Source of the DNA: Candidatus Bathyarchaeota archaeon | GTDB taxonomy: Archaea; Thermoproteota; Bathyarchaeia; TCS64 | Length of the DNA stretch: 26,835 bases | NCBI GenBank assembly: GCA_963771885.1 | Contig: CAVYVF010000006.1 | Coordinates: 1-26,835, forward strand | Reading direction: 5' to 3' | Shown: piece by piece, positions 1 to 9,476 of the stretch | Layout of the letters: each line of letters starts with the position of its first letter | Position numbering within the stretch: the stretch's first letter is position 1 | Notes under the pieces: generated by a model | Databases searched by the model: none | Told to the model about the DNA's origin: nothing | What the model saw: only the letters and a program-made list of their open reading frames with translations | Made by a program: the position numbers and the translations under genes

Positions 1-56
1 CGCTTTCACTTATTTCTAAATATTTTGTTATTGGAATTAGCTCTCTAATGAGTTAT

Positions 57-809
57 TTAGGATAGATTCGGGAAGGCGCCTACTATGGGTTTACCTTGAT
101 TCCAGTAGTAGTTGAAAAGGTCTAGACACCACTTTAGGAACTTTGGGTCTTCGCTTACGAAGTTCTCGCCATCCATCTTACCATCAAGAGTAAGCAATCC
201 CAACATGGCTTTCTTATCCGTAATCACCATACCCACATGCACCTTCGGAAGCAGTCTCCTATCAACACCCGCTGCGGGTCGAAAACCGGGGGGTGGAACT
301 ATGGTCTCGGGAAAAATTGAGCGAAACTCCACTCCAAGCTTCAACTTCTCAGCTACTATTGGAGGAGAGTGAGCATTAATCTGGTCCCCCATCGAATAGA
401 CATACTCCTCCGCCTGCTCAGCCATCTCACCCTCCAGGACATAGTTCGTGATGAAGTCCCTCTGGAGAGAACTCGCGTTGAGCTCGCCTAATCTATTAAT
501 GAATTGATATGGCAAGACGGAGACATCGTGGTTCAGGAAATATTGCCTATTTCTCGAGAGGAACTCATAAGAGCTGAGAAGCTTGAGTGAGATGCCGCCA
601 TATGGCGTGAGCGCATAGTCGCCGTCCGGATTCCTCGTTACTAGCGACATCTGGACTAGCCGAGCCACGTTTCTGGAGGCTTCCTGAACCGACAAGCCCA
701 GGGTCTTAGCTACTCGAGTGAGATTTTTAGGACCTTTCTCAAGGTCTTGGAGGATCTTCAACCTGTCATCGTTGGACAGCTCAAAAAGGAGATCGGTTAA
801 TGCCTCCAT
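57..809 (-). CDS. ArsR-like winged-helix transcriptional regulator with C-terminal DUF1724-like domain (archaeal type), copy 1
   Basis: N-terminal LFELSNDDRLKIL...LSVQEASRNVARL...YALTPYG wHTH; C-terminal FLKWCLDLFNYYW typical of this family; paralogous to 8606-9405. Confidence 0.85.
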   Translation of the reverse strand: MEALTDLLFELSNDDRLKILQDLEKGPKNLTRVAKTLGLSVQEASRNVARLVQMSLVTRNPDGDYALTPYGGISLKLLSSYEFLSRNRQYFLNHDVSVLPYQFINRLGELNASSLQRDFITNYVLEGEMAEQAEEYVYSMGDQINAHSPPIVAEKLKLGVEFRSIFPETIVPPPGFRPAAGVDRRLLPKVHVGMVITDKKAMLGLLTLDGKMDGENFVSEDPKFLKWCLDLFNYYWNQGKPIVGAFPNLS

Positions 810-870
810 ACCAAAGTCTGGGAATACCAGTACTCCGATTCTTATTTTAACTTACTTTACACGGGCTAAA

Positions 871-1137
871 TCACGATCCTGTTGTAGATTGGAGTATACC
901 TCGCAACTCTCCCTCAACGAGGTCTATCCTGAATACTCCCTTATTGCCTGAGATCTGAAGCATGACACCTTCGACGAGCTCAATCTCCAATGCTTCACCA
1001 AGGTCTCCCTCTATGAGCACCGTGTCTCTAGGCGCGTCGTGTACCTCAATCTTATTCAGATATTTTTTAGAGGTCATCTCAATAGAGAACGGGTGTCTGT
1101 TCGGGGAACTCGCTGAAGCAACATGATCTGTTTTCAT
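871..1137 (-). CDS. Small beta-strand-rich hypothetical protein, copy A
   Basis: 88 aa; 30/68 ungapped identities (hand count) to the ORF at 8240-8497, which supports both as real genes. Confidence 0.8.
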   Translation of the reverse strand: MKTDHVASASSPNRHPFSIEMTSKKYLNKIEVHDAPRDTVLIEGDLGEALEIELVEGVMLQISGNKGVFRIDLVEGELRGILQSTTGS

Positions 1138-1180
1138 ATCATCGTTTAGAAGAGGAGTAATTTTTTAGTAAAAAGAGGCT

Positions 1181-1218
1181 CGAAGGTTCGCCTATGATTT
1201 TTCATACAATAACCTTCG
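1181..1218. promoter_or_regulatory. 38-bp hyphenated palindrome, probable operator between divergent genes
   Basis: CGAAGGTT-cgcc-TATGA-tttt-TCATA-caat-AACCTTCG; both arm pairs share one centre (1199/1200). Confidence 0.65.
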
Positions 1219-1251
1219 GCCGTATTATCAACCTAACCTGTACTCCGTGGA

Positions 1252-1974
1252 TTGAGAAAGGTGAAGACTTTGGAAAAAATGAATGAAGTAGTGTTGAATC
1301 AACCCCCACGCAGAACTGCGAAGATGGCAGGACTTTATTATCTTATTTTCATATTGACAACCGTAATAGCCTCCTATCTTCGCTCGAGATTCATCGTGCC
1401 GGGGGACGCGGCGGCCACAGCCGCGAACATACTGGGTTCCGAGTTGTTTCTCCGCGCCGGATTCATAATCGAGCTGGTAGCAGCGGTGTTTTTCCTTCTA
1501 ACCGCTTGGGCCCTATACGTATTGCTAAAACCAGTAAACAAAAACATCGCCCTACTTTTCCTACTGCTAAACTTGGGCGGCGTCGTGGTAGAATGTCTAA
1601 ATACTCTGAATCTATACGCTGCCCTCCAGTTCCTCGGCGGCGCGAATTACTTGGACGCTTTCCAAACAGGTCAGCTGCAAGCCATGGCGATGTCATTCCT
1701 CAGCTTGTACAAGGACGGGTTTGTGATGACTCAGATATTCTTCAGCGCCTGGCTGCTGCCCCTCGGTTACCTCGTTTACAAGTCCCGCTTTCTTCCCCAG
1801 TTCTTGGGCTTGCTGCTCATCCTCGACTTCTTCGGCAATATGAGCTGGTTTTTACAGTATTTCCTGCTCCCCGGCTACGGGGTGCTGGCCTTACCCGGGA
1901 ATGCTATCGGCTTCATCGCCGAGATCTCTCTTACCCTGTGGTTACTCTTCAAGGGCGTAAAGGAACAGACATAG
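1252..1974 (+). CDS. DUF4386-like integral membrane protein
   Basis: AKMAGLYYL, PGDAAATAANI, LYVLLKPVN, LGYLVYKSRFLP, LWLLFKG match the family pattern; true start may be 1270 or 1279. Confidence 0.8.
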   Translation: MRKVKTLEKMNEVVLNQPPRRTAKMAGLYYLIFILTTVIASYLRSRFIVPGDAAATAANILGSELFLRAGFIIELVAAVFFLLTAWALYVLLKPVNKNIALLFLLLNLGGVVVECLNTLNLYAALQFLGGANYLDAFQTGQLQAMAMSFLSLYKDGFVMTQIFFSAWLLPLGYLVYKSRFLPQFLGLLLILDFFGNMSWFLQYFLLPGYGVLALPGNAIGFIAEISLTLWLLFKGVKEQT

Positions 1975-2001
1975 ATAGACAGTTGCAGTGGTGATAAAAC
2001 G

Positions 2002-2439
2002 ATGGCTCAGATTAGAGAAATCGAGAGGAAAGCGTTAGCACTGGCGGTCGTAGGAGGGGCAGCCTTCTGGATCACCAATTTTCTTATCTCCCTCACGCCC
2101 ATCGCGGCTGAGTATAGAGTGGGGCTCTCAATTTCATATATTCCGATGCTTCTCGAAGCCGCGGTCGGTGGTTTATTAATCGGGTTTGGCGTTAGCTATT
2201 TCCTACTCCGGTCTTATGATAAGATTCCAACAAAGAATCCGATTCAAAAAGCCGTGATACTGAGCCTAATTGCCCTCGTCGTCCTCACAATCATTCTCGA
2301 AGTCCCCTCAAAGTTCCTCACAAACACATATGACGCCCTGCATTTCTTCCTCATCGGCTTATTGTTTAATATGCTAAGGATTCCCGCTCTCGGATTAGCC
2401 GTCGGCTACCAGTACAGAAGGCGGCACGCAAACAGCTAA
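2002..2439 (+). CDS. Hypothetical membrane protein, about 4 TM segments
   Basis: ATG with upstream GGTGA RBS; four hydrophobic segments; follows the DUF4386-like gene closely. Confidence 0.7.
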   Translation: MAQIREIERKALALAVVGGAAFWITNFLISLTPIAAEYRVGLSISYIPMLLEAAVGGLLIGFGVSYFLLRSYDKIPTKNPIQKAVILSLIALVVLTIILEVPSKFLTNTYDALHFFLIGLLFNMLRIPALGLAVGYQYRRRHANS

Positions 2440-2458
2440 CTCAAATGAGTGAAATCTA

Positions 2459-2686
2459 ATGACTGCAGACAATAAAGAGCAGAAAAAAGGCGGACCACCC
2501 TTTATCAAGTCTATCCTCAGAGAGGCGAATAGACCCCTGACGACGAAGGAGCTTCAGCAAGAAGTACATAAACGTGTGGACTTCTGCCTGTTCGACGGTG
2601 TTGTTGCTCTTAACTTGATGAGAATCAGCAGAGCAATTCAAGGGATGCGAACTGAGAGCGGCTGGATCTGGTGGATTGAGGATTAG
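2459..2686 (+). CDS. Small putative winged-helix protein
   Basis: IKSILREANRPLTTKELQQEV helix pattern with a C-terminal beta-wing-like GWIWWI; 19 nt after the previous gene. Confidence 0.55.
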   Translation: MTADNKEQKKGGPPFIKSILREANRPLTTKELQQEVHKRVDFCLFDGVVALNLMRISRAIQGMRTESGWIWWIED

Positions 2687-3202
2687 CGCGCGAGAAGTAT
2701 AATCGTTGGCGCTCCAAGGAGTAGATTTCATCGAGTTCATATTGATTCATTGATTAACTTGATTTTCTACAATCTTGTAATGCCAGTCTAAACCATGATA
2801 TGAAGCTCTTCCTCTGCGCTTATCATCTGGTTCGGAGAAATCTTTTTTTAGTTCCTTTTTAGTAAAGAGTCAATTAAATAGTTTAGTTTTTTTAGGGTCT
2901 CCTGGCGGTTTTTGCGTATCTTTAATTTACTCGTTTTTCGGTTGTGTGGAGTGGTGTAGGTTTGAAGTACGCTGACTCGCGCGGTATTATTCTCGGTTTG
3001 CTTAGCGGTGGATCTGCGATGGGTGTTAGGGAGCTGGTTAGGGCGTCGGGTGGTTTGAATTTTAAGCAGGTTGAGAACATGGTTTTCAGGTGCTGCGCGC
3101 GCGTCGCGCCTTAAAGCCAAGGTAGCAATGCGTTTAATCGCCACAGCATTAATTGTCTTAGGTTTAATAACGAAGCTTCCTACCGGGATAAATTGTTAAT
3201 AA

Positions 3203-4068
3203 ATGTCGAGAGACAAAGGATTAAACGACGGCGTAATCTCAGACACGTCTCAGGCCAAGAAGATTTCGACAGGCATGCGCCTTATATTGCTAGCAGCCAG
3301 CATACTTGTTCTATCAGCAGGACTCGATCTCACTCTCCTCACCGAGCAGACTGCCACATACTTCGCCTGGACCATCCAGTCCTCAATGACAGCCGCTTTC
3401 CTCGGCGCGGGCTATCTCGCCAGCTTCCTCCTCGAGTTTCTCGCCTATCGGGAGAAGACATGGGCCAACGCCCGCATAGCTGTTCCTTCAGTACTCATAT
3501 TCACAACTCTCACTTTGATTAGCAACCATATTACACCTCGATAAATTCCACCTCAACAGCCCACATATTTCAGCTATGGTAGCCGCTTACCTTTGGTTAG
3601 CCATTTACATCGCAGTCCCAATTGCCTTGCTGATACTCCTCATCCATCAAATCAGGATCCAAGGCTCGACACCGAAACGACAAAGCACATTATACATCCT
3701 GATGCGCCTCGTACTCGCTAGCCCAAGGAACAATAATGCTGGTTACAGGCATAATCTTATTCATATCTCCAGCGACAGCCTCCACCTTCTGGCCCTGGGC
3801 GCTCACCCCACTGACGAGCCGCGCAATTGGAGCCTGGCTCCTTGGAATCGGCGTTATAGCATTGCATATGACGTGGGAAAACGACCATCAGCGCAACAGG
3901 ATTGCATACATAAGTTATGCTTTGCTAGGGATACTTCAGGTAACATCTTTGGTACGCTATGCAGGAGAGGTCAACTGGTCCACGGCTGGTAGCTGGATTT
4001 ATCTTGCTCTTCATCATCAGCATTATCCCAACGGGATTATATCGGATGGAAAGCGTCAAGGCAGCTGA
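3203..4068 (+). CDS. Multi-pass membrane protein of unknown function, split by frameshifts (ORF pieces 3203-3544, 3576-3992, 3736-4068)
   Basis: Internally duplicated motif YFAWTIQSSMTAAFLGAGY / FWPWALTPLTSRAIGAW continues across frames. Confidence 0.7.
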
Positions 4069-4175
4069 CAAATTAAGTAAATGAGATTTATATGACTTGA
4101 TGCTTCAGGCTGGTTCAGGTTGCGCGCACATGTTAATAAAAACCTGAGATTTTTACTAAGAAAAGAGATGTGGGA

Positions 4176-4505
4176 TTAAGCTGTGAGCTTCTGGAGCCGA
4201 GTATTCACGATATTCAGATGCTCTTCCAGCTCTTCTTTAGCTTCTTTGAGGATCTCGATCTCTTCCTCGATAGATATACCCGCAATTAGCATCTTAATCT
4301 TCTCGTCGTAATCCCCACACCCGCAACCACACTCGTCGTGGTCATGGTCATTATGATCATCATCGTCATCGTTGTGGTGGTGAGGATCATGCTCCTCATG
4401 CTCATGATCATCGTGGTCATGGTGATGATGCTCATGCTCCTCATGATCATCTGGGTGGCTAGACTCGGTTACTTTCATTTCTTCGATTTTCTTTTCTTCA
4501 CTCAT
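4176..4505 (-). CDS. His/Asp/Glu-rich putative metal-binding protein with CGCGC motif and C-terminal coiled coil (DUF5320-like tail)
   Basis: ATG at 4505 preceded by GGAGG; 17 His in about 40 residues, then CGCGC; divergent from the CsoR/RcnR-family gene. Confidence 0.75.
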   Translation of the reverse strand: MSEEKKIEEMKVTESSHPDDHEEHEHHHHDHDDHEHEEHDPHHHNDDDDDHNDHDHDECGCGCGDYDEKIKMLIAGISIEEEIEILKEAKEELEEHLNIVNTRLQKLTA

Positions 4506-4619
4506 GTTTGTTTTCCTCCAAACAGCACTATGCGAGGCATCGATCTGGCTTAAGGACTCATAGACACGTATGCTCGGAGTCCAAACCAGAGACAACTGTA
4601 ATCCGATGCAATATTAATA

Positions 4620-4638
4620 TATCCCCTCCCCCCGGATA
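4620..4638. promoter_or_regulatory. Probable CsoR/RcnR-type operator
   Basis: TATCC-CCTCCCCCC-GGATA: inverted repeat flanking a C tract, between an AT-rich TATA-like box and the repressor ATG at 4646. Confidence 0.7.
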
Positions 4639-4645
4639 GGATGAT

Positions 4646-4915
4646 ATGTCCGCGATTCACAAGCAGAGAAAGAACATCCGAGACCGCCTAGTAAGGGCGG
4701 AGGGACACCTCCGGGGCATCATCAAGATGATTGACGAGGATAAGGAGTGCCCAGACATCCTATTACAAATAGCAGCAGTAAAAGCCGCCCTCGAGAAAAC
4801 GAGCGTAATTCTACTCGAGGACCACATCGAGCACTGCCTGCTCGAGGCAGTCAAGTCAGGGAATGTCGAACCCCAACTAGAGGAGCTGAAGGCAGCGCTC
4901 CAGAAACTGATCTAG
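4646..4915 (+). CDS. CsoR/RcnR-family metal-sensing transcriptional repressor
   Basis: RLVRAEGHLRGIIKMI, C35, QIAAVKAAL, H60xxxC64. Confidence 0.93.
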   Translation: MSAIHKQRKNIRDRLVRAEGHLRGIIKMIDEDKECPDILLQIAAVKAALEKTSVILLEDHIEHCLLEAVKSGNVEPQLEELKAALQKLI

Positions 4916-4923
4916 GTGATAAC

Positions 4924-6750
4924 ATGGTAGCAAACTGGAAAAAAGTGATACTCGCAATCAGCGTAACGTTGGCTGCGATTAGCTGGCTGAGCCAGACTTT
5001 CAACATCTTACCCGCTGAGACTTACACACTCATCGGCATGATAGCCGCTGGCCTCGGCGCCATATTCATCGGCCACAGCGCATTCGGAGCGTTACGCGAG
5101 GGGAACTTCGGCATCGACATCCTAGCCACCTTCGCAGTAGTCGCCTCAATCTATGTCGGAGAATACGTCGCCGCAGCAGTTGTTGTCCTGATGCTGGGCG
5201 AGGCGAGATCCTGGAGGAATACACGAGCGGCAGGGCATCCGTAGCTATCCAGAAGCTGGTCGCGGAGTCCCCAAAGACGGCGATTGGTAAAAGAGAGGGC
5301 AAGGAACTGGAGGTTCCCATCTCCGACGTCAAACTGGGCGAGATTGTCATTGTGAAACCCGGGGGTAAGATCCCGGTCGATAGGCTAGTAAAGTCTGGAA
5401 AAGCCTCAGTCAACCAGGCCTCAATCACCGGCGAGTCGATGCCGGTTGGCGAGGAGAAGGCGAGAGTGTATTCGGAGGCACAATAATCGAGCTCGGCAGC
5501 CTCGACATTGAGGTAACCGCCATCGGTGAGCAGAGCACTTATGGCAAGATTATTAAAATGGTCGAGGAGGCGGAGGAGCATAAGGCACCCATCGAACGCA
5601 CAGCGGATAGATACGCGAAGTACTTCACGCCAATCATCCTCGGCCTCGGCGTAATAGTCTACATAGTAACTGGCAGCCTCCTCAGGGTAGCTTCCCTCTG
5701 GGTCATAGCATGCCCATGCAGCCTGACCCTCGCCACGCCCATGGCTGTAGTTGCGAGCATCGGCAACTCAGCTCGTAAGGGCATACTGATACGTAACGGC
5801 GAGAGTCTGGAGAGGCTGGCCAGCATCGACGTTCTCGCCCTTGATAAAACTGGTACCATTACTACTGGGCGACCCGAGTTGTCGCCATAAAAACTTTCAA
5901 CACGGATCCGAGTGTCGTCCCGGCGTCGCCGCGACCGCGGAGAAGCGTTCGGAGCATCCTCTTGCTCAGGCTATTTCAAGAAAGCAGAAGAGGAGAAGGC
6001 TAAGGTGGAAGATCCTCAGAGCCTTGTGATGGAGCCAGGTCTCGGTGTAAGAGCCGAAACAAAGACCGGAGTCATCCTCGTTGGCAACGATAAGCTCCTT
6101 GCTAAGAACGGCGTTAAACTCACCGAGGAGGTCTTAGACTATTCAAAGTCTGTCGCTGCTAATCGGACACTCATCTATGTAGCCAGGGGTGGACGTCTGA
6201 TCGGAGCCTTAGAGGTGGCGGATACTGTCCGGGGCGACCTCGCTGATACCTTCAAGGAAGCTAAGAGGTACGTGAAGAAGACAATCATGTTGACCGGAGA
6301 CAACGAGTCTGTGGCGAAGACTATTGGTAAGCAGGTCGGCGTCGATGAGGTGTTCTTCGGCTTCTTCCGAGCAGAAGGTTGAGAAGATCAAGGAGCTTAA
6401 GGCGCAGGGATACAAGGTCGCTATGATTGGCGACGGGTGAACGATGCCCCAGCTCTGGCAACGAGTGACGTTGGGATAGCGATGGGTCTTAGAGGCACCG
6501 ATGTTGCTATTGAGACCGCGGGAATCGTATTGGCTACGGATGATTTGAAGAGGATACCTAAGCTCCTGAGGATAGGCAGCTCGACGATGGCGGTCATCAA
6601 GCAGAACCTTTCTTCGCGATGGCCGTGAACGTATTGGGATTGGGCTTGAGCGTCACGGGCATCATTCCACCTCTTGTCGCCTCGATCATTCACGAGAGTA
6701 ATGCTATGATAGTGATGCTAAACTCACTACGGCTACTCAGGGTTGATTAA
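4924..6750 (+). CDS. Heavy-metal-translocating P1B-type ATPase, multiply frameshifted
   Basis: TGES, CPC (IACPCSLTLATP), DKTGT, SEHPLA, MLTGDN, GDG/NDAPALA and C-terminal HESNAMIVMLNSLRLL, spread over several frames. Confidence 0.92.
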
Positions 6751-6888
6751 CTGGAACTTCAGAGAGTGCTCATGGAATTGGTAATTTGTACCCTATAGTC
6801 GCGCGCGCCTTTAATATTTTTCCAGTGCAACCTTTTTCCCCATTAGTTCCGTTCAGGTTCCGGTTGAGGCTCACGTTGGTCTAGAGCG

Positions 6889-7803
6889 CTAACGCATAAT
6901 TATATTATTTTCTAGTAGGAACCTTATAATTTCATCACGCATCGCGTCCATGCGCCCCACCAAGAAGTGGCCACCGCTTTCAAAGGGAACAAACTTGGCA
7001 TTAGGCACATGTTGAGCAGTATATTGACCATATTCGAAGTTAACTAAGCCATCATCCTTGCCATGGAAGACGATTGTTGGAGTCATTATTGTTTCCAAAG
7101 GCAGATTTACTTCATCTTGACCACGAACGAAATCATTCATGACCCCCGCTTGACGCGCACTAATAGGCTGCATGGCTCGAAGCATGCCATCAACGTACTG
7201 CTCGTCTTCGTTCGTCATGTTAGCCTGAACCTCCAGGGAAACCCCCATAAACCTAAGAAATTGAGGCCTAAAACTTGTAGCGAAAGCCCAGTAGCCCAAG
7301 TCTGAGCTCATAACAACCTGTTGCATCATCAGGTTTTCAGAGCTGAGGGGTGGGGTGTTGTGACTGACTGCCATGGACATTACCAGTGCTGAGCATCTAT
7401 CAGGGTGGCGAAGGGCAAACTGTAGTGCTGCTGGTCCACCGAATGAAAAGCCCATGACGATGACCTTCGAAACATTTAAAGCATCAAGGAGGTCGGCGAA
7501 GGCATCAGCTTGCGCGGCAAAGGAAGCATCCTGCGGCATCGGTGTGCGTAGATATCCGAAGCGTGAGGGAACAATTAAGCGGAAGCTCTCATTGCCAAGC
7601 ATCTGCCTGACACTTTCAACCTGAGTGTATCCCAATGCGCCGCCATGTGAAACCAGAACAGGGTAACCTTCGCCTACATCAGCATACTCGATTAAGCCAT
7701 GAGGTGTTTCGATTAGTTTGCTGCCAGACAGGGTTTGTTGTTTGACACTGTTAATGTATAATTGGTATCTGAGTTCAATCGGCATCAAAGCAAGAACTGC
7801 CAA
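6889..7803 (-). CDS. Alpha/beta-fold hydrolase, membrane-anchored; possibly fused to 7893-8243
   Basis: HGG oxyanion motif, GFSFGG nucleophile elbow, HGKDD acid, GGH catalytic His. Confidence 0.9.
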   Translation of the reverse strand: MAVLALMPIELRYQLYINSVKQQTLSGSKLIETPHGLIEYADVGEGYPVLVSHGGALGYTQVESVRQMLGNESFRLIVPSRFGYLRTPMPQDASFAAQADAFADLLDALNVSKVIVMGFSFGGPAALQFALRHPDRCSALVMSMAVSHNTPPLSSENLMMQQVVMSSDLGYWAFATSFRPQFLRFMGVSLEVQANMTNEDEQYVDGMLRAMQPISARQAGVMNDFVRGQDEVNLPLETIMTPTIVFHGKDDGLVNFEYGQYTAQHVPNAKFVPFESGGHFLVGRMDAMRDEIIRFLLENNIIMR

Positions 7804-7892
7804 TGCTACAACAGCCGTTAGAGCGACTACCGCACGGCTTTTTCTTGATAGTATCCTTAATCGACTTCTGATTGGGTGGATAAGGCGGTTAT

Positions 7893-8243
7893 TTAGCTTT
7901 CCAGGTTAACGAAAGGGCTGCGCCAAATATGCCTAAAGCAAAGCCAGCTAGGAAACCACCTCCCGCATATGATACTAATCGATGCAAGGATCCCGATAGC
8001 TACTCCTAAGACCCTATTATGTGGTGGTTGTCGAAGCAGCAAAGCAGCGCATAGTGCCATTATCAGCCCTGGGCCAAAGTGGAAGAACAAGTCATAGGCG
8101 TCGAACCTCATGGCAAACTGTGACTGGTTGTAAGCCCAAAAAATGCCCTCAGCAATCACCAATACCGCTGCTGAAGCAGTTAGAATAAAAGCTAAAACGG
8201 GAATATTTTCTTTATCCAAAGAAGAAAATGTTTTAGCATTCAC
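7893..8243 (-). CDS. Small membrane domain (DUF6114-like C-terminal pattern), frameshifted
   Basis: Hydrophobic segments; after a one-base shift reads GGFLAGFALGIFGAALSLTWK; GTG start overlaps the stop of the upstream gene. Confidence 0.55.
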   Translation of the reverse strand: MNAKTFSSLDKENIPVLAFILTASAAVLVIAEGIFWAYNQSQFAMRFDAYDLFFHFGPGLIMALCAALLLRQPPHNRVLGVAIGILASISIICGRWFPSWLCFRHIWRSPFVNLES

Positions 8244-8497
8244 TGCTTTTTTCCCTCCATTCTTCCTGCGCGGAGAAACATCTCAAGTTCTTCTTTACTT
8301 ATGTCAAGTCTTAGAGTCCCCTTAATGCCTCTGACCTCGAGGGTTACATCCTCTAGTAAATAGACTCCCTCAAGCTCACCTAGTTCACCTTGAATAAGAA
8401 CCGGCTCAGCCGACTTGTCAGAGAGGCTGATGTGGTTTAGAGAGTATCTCGACTTCATTTCTATTGAGAATGTGTGCTCCTCGACTCTTCGCTCCAT
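8240..8497 (-). CDS. Small beta-strand-rich hypothetical protein, copy B
   Basis: HTFSIEMKS...VLIQGELGE...GTLRLD, paralogue of 871-1137; ATG at 8497 chosen by alignment with copy A. Confidence 0.8.
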   Translation of the reverse strand: MERRVEEHTFSIEMKSRYSLNHISLSDKSAEPVLIQGELGELEGVYLLEDVTLEVRGIKGTLRLDISKEELEMFLRAGRMEGKKQ

Positions 8498-8605
8498 ATC
8501 CGGTCGAATAGAAAACGAGGTAAAGCTGTCTTTATTCTCTCTCAGGAGGAAGGTTTGAAATCTTAGAGTCAATTATGTTTATTCTTATTCAGTTATTGAA
8601 GGTGT

Positions 8606-9405
8606 ATGTGGTTGAAGGACTCTCTAGACCTACTCTTCGAGCTGTCAAATGAGGATCGACTCCATATCCTAACAACTCTCCAGTCGAAGTCCTTGAAGCT
8701 AACCGAGCTCTCCACCGAGGTTACACTCCCAAATCAGGAGGTTTCGAGGCAGCTTGCAAGACTCTCCGCCCTTGACCTCTGCTTTCGTGATGGCAAGGGA
8801 CTATACAACCTGACTCCTTATGCTGAGCAGGTCCTCAAACTGATCCCAGGATTCGAGTTTCTGTCGAAACATAGGTCTTACTTCAGGACACACACCGCTG
8901 GTGGCCTCCCCCTGAGTTTCAGCTTCGGATAGGTGAGCTTGTTTCGTGTGTTCCGATCAGTGATGTTGTAACTAGCCTGGCTGATATGCAGCAGATGATT
9001 GGTGAAGCTAAGGAGAAAATCTGGAGCATCGTAGAGCAACCTAACATAACCAACGCAAGGTTGACAGAAGACGCCGTTCGTAGGGGCGTTGAGAACAAGA
9101 TCATTCTGCCAGCCAACATTTTACCGTCAGAGCTGTACATTCATTATTTACAGGGGATGGGCGTGGATCATCCTCTTAGGTCGGCGAAGTCGGAGAGGAA
9201 GTTTCTCGACAGTTTACCGATCTCTCTGGTGATGTCTGAGCGAGAAGCTCCGTGGGTCCTCTTCCCGATGCTCGATGGAAAGCTGGATTACTCTGGCTTC
9301 AAAGCTAAGGGTGGGGAGGCTCTAAAGTGGTGTGGGGACGTCTTCTTGCACTATTGGAGGCTTGCCTCAACAGAATCGCCTGAGAGTCTCCAGGAATTTG
9401 TTTGA
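8606..9405 (+). CDS. ArsR-like wHTH / DUF1724-like regulator, copy 2, with one frameshift near 8910-8920
   Basis: DLLFELSNEDRLHIL, QEVSRQLARL, LDGKLDY, LKWCGDVFLHYW; break at a C5 run, with FQLRIGEL in the other frame. Confidence 0.85.
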
Positions 9406-9460
9406 CTCATTCAATTTTTCCCATTAAATGTTTGAGGGACTAAAGCGTTTGAAGAAGCGT

Positions 9461-9476
9461 TTATGAATCCTCATAA
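9461..9476. promoter_or_regulatory. Palindrome TTATGA-N4-TCATAA, probable operator upstream of the flavodoxin-like operon
   Basis: Same TATGA-N4-TCATA core as 1193-1206, with partly symmetric flanks. Confidence 0.55.

Noticed and set aside
1506..1994. 162-aa alternative-frame ORF inside the DUF4386-like gene, and similar overlapping ORFs elsewhere
   Set aside because: Arg/Pro-rich off-frame translations overlapping better-supported genes.
2848..3144. 98-aa minus-strand ORF in the 2687-3202 gap
   Set aside because: Low-complexity translation driven by G/T skew; contains two (CG)n tracts that are otherwise non-coding; no motif.
4338..4553. Very hydrophobic Met/Ile/Val-rich plus-strand ORF and the apparent trinucleotide repeats there
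   Set aside because: Antisense shadow of the His/Asp codons of 4176-4505; not a membrane protein or repeat array.
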